From contig CP145869.1 of the NCBI GenBank assembly GCA_041941765.1, positions 330,001 to 362,000 of the forward strand: a stretch of DNA of 32,000 nt, read 5' to 3'. The notes below the pieces were generated by a model, which worked only from the letters and a program-made list of their open reading frames with translations, was not told the origin of the DNA and made no database searches. Both the position numbers and the translations under genes were made by a program. Of the stretch, positions 31,184-32,000 are shown one piece after another (the stretch's first letter is position 1; the number at the start of each line of letters is the position of its first letter). This DNA comes from Candidatus Saccharimonadota bacterium (GTDB lineage: Bacteria > Pseudomonadota > Gammaproteobacteria > Enterobacterales > Enterobacteriaceae).

Positions 31184-31419
31184 TATAAATTCTTATAAAT
31201 TAGTAAATATTTAAAATAATAGAAAAACCAAATAATATTAGTAGTTTAAATCATGGTTAGATCTAGTAATTATAATTATAGAGATTTTGTTAGTATAATA
31301 AATGCTCTTTTAAAATGGTATGTTGTGGTATATAGTAATAGGTTATCACATTCTTAATTTATTCAATAAGAAATAGCATTGTTGATTAAAAATTAAATGT
31401 TGAGATAATAAATAAATAT

Positions 31420-31439
31420 TACTCTAACTTATTAGAGTA
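31420..31439 (-). terminator. short hairpin (TACTCTA-acttat-TAGAGTA) just downstream of the U32 peptidase gene stop
   Basis: 7-bp perfect inverted repeat 18 nt after the stop codon. It is followed on the minus strand by a T-rich but interrupted tract. Confidence 0.3.
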
Positions 31440-31456
31440 TAAGAACGTTTTTTGTA

Positions 31457-32000
31457 TTATAAATTAAGTATTAATAATGCAAAATTTAGTTGAATATTAG
31501 TGGAAACTGGTATCCAAACTAAATGACCATTACCAGGGGCTATATTAATAGACTGAAATTGATGGTTTTCTATAAATGTTATTTTACTATGAAGATTATT
31601 AGATGGAGAAATAATTTCAATACTATCGCCTTTAGAGAATTTATTTTTGACTGCTACTTGTGCTAAATCTCCTCTACGTTTTCCAGTAAATTCTCCTATA
31701 AATTTTTGTTTTTTAGATATAGAATAGCTGTAATCAAAATTTTGTAAATTATTATGACGAGATAAAAAGCCTTCAGTATAACCTCTATGCGATAAGCCTT
31801 CTAGTTTTTCTAATAGCAAATGATTAAATGATTTTCCTAATATAGCATCATCAATTGCTTTTCGATAAATTTGTGTAGTTCTTGCACAATAATAAAAAGA
31901 TTTTGTTCGTCCTTCTATTTTAAATGAATGTACACCAATTTTCATTAAACGTTCTATATGTCTTATGCCTCGTAAATCTTTTGAATTAAAAATATAAGTT
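31457..32000 (-). CDS. yegQ: peptidase U32 family protein (YegQ/TrhP-like); the N-terminal part lies outside the window
   Basis: The reading frame is open to the right window edge: ...TYIFNSKDLRGIRHIERLMKIGVHSFKIEGRTKSFYYCARTTQIYRKAIDDA... The KIEGR-KS-YY motif is typical of the U32 family. About 160 aa follow this motif, which fits the short (YegQ-size) paralogue rather than YdcP. The paralogue assignment is tentative. Confidence 0.75.
   Translation of the reverse strand, partial: TYIFNSKDLRGIRHIERLMKIGVHSFKIEGRTKSFYYCARTTQIYRKAIDDAILGKSFNHLLLEKLEGLSHRGYTEGFLSRHNNLQNFDYSYSISKKQKFIGEFTGKRRGDLAQVAVKNKFSKGDSIEIISPSNNLHSKITFIENHQFQSINIAPGNGHLVWIPVSTNIQLNFALLILNL

Overview
This window looks like ordinary core genome from a highly reduced, very AT-rich gammaproteobacterial endosymbiont, Enterobacterales-derived and similar in style to Blochmannia, Buchnera or Wigglesworthia. 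I cannot name the species from sequence alone. I found no mobile element, CRISPR array, toxin or defence cassette, or other accessory system, despite the prompt's suggestion. About 28 protein genes, 2 tRNAs and the tmRNA are tightly packed, and nearly all have unmistakable E. coli orthologues. On the minus strand at the left edge: adk (partial), htpG, ybaB, dnaX. On the plus strand: greA, rlmE, ftsH, secG, tRNA-Leu(GAG), initiator tRNA-fMet, nusA, infB, rbfA, truB, rpsO, pnp, deaD. Then grpE (minus), followed on the plus strand by nadK, smpB, ssrA, aroF, tyrA, rluD, clpB. Then rnhA (minus), dnaQ (plus), ibpA (plus), metG (minus), and a partial U32 peptidase gene (minus) at the right edge. The noteworthy points are all signatures of genome reduction. 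(1) Several genes are domain-truncated: dnaX lacks the tau C-terminus, truB lacks the PUA domain, metG lacks the C-terminal appended domain, and deaD has a short C-terminus. (2) Long in-frame homopolymers occur in coding sequence: A15 in deaD, A9 to A10 in rlmE, ftsH, pnp, grpE, nadK and dnaQ, and G9 in infB. These are candidates for polymerase slippage. (3) Genes have been cleanly excised from otherwise E. coli-like operons: recR, yhbY, folP-glmM, argG, rimP, nlpI, recN-bamE and yfiH. (4) Packing is extreme. The clpB and rnhA stop codons overlap in a TTAA, and the rnhA and dnaQ start codons are only 19 bp apart. (5) Regulatory signals survive. There is a good sigma-32-type promoter and a long U-rich leader upstream of ibpA, a CTTGAAA box upstream of grpE, the in-frame internal GTG of clpB, the TTG start of pnp, and hairpins after metY. 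(6) The aroF-tyrA tyrosine operon is intact and sits directly 3' of ssrA at a synteny breakpoint. All homology statements come from my recall of E. coli K-12 protein sequences and gene order, not from a database search.
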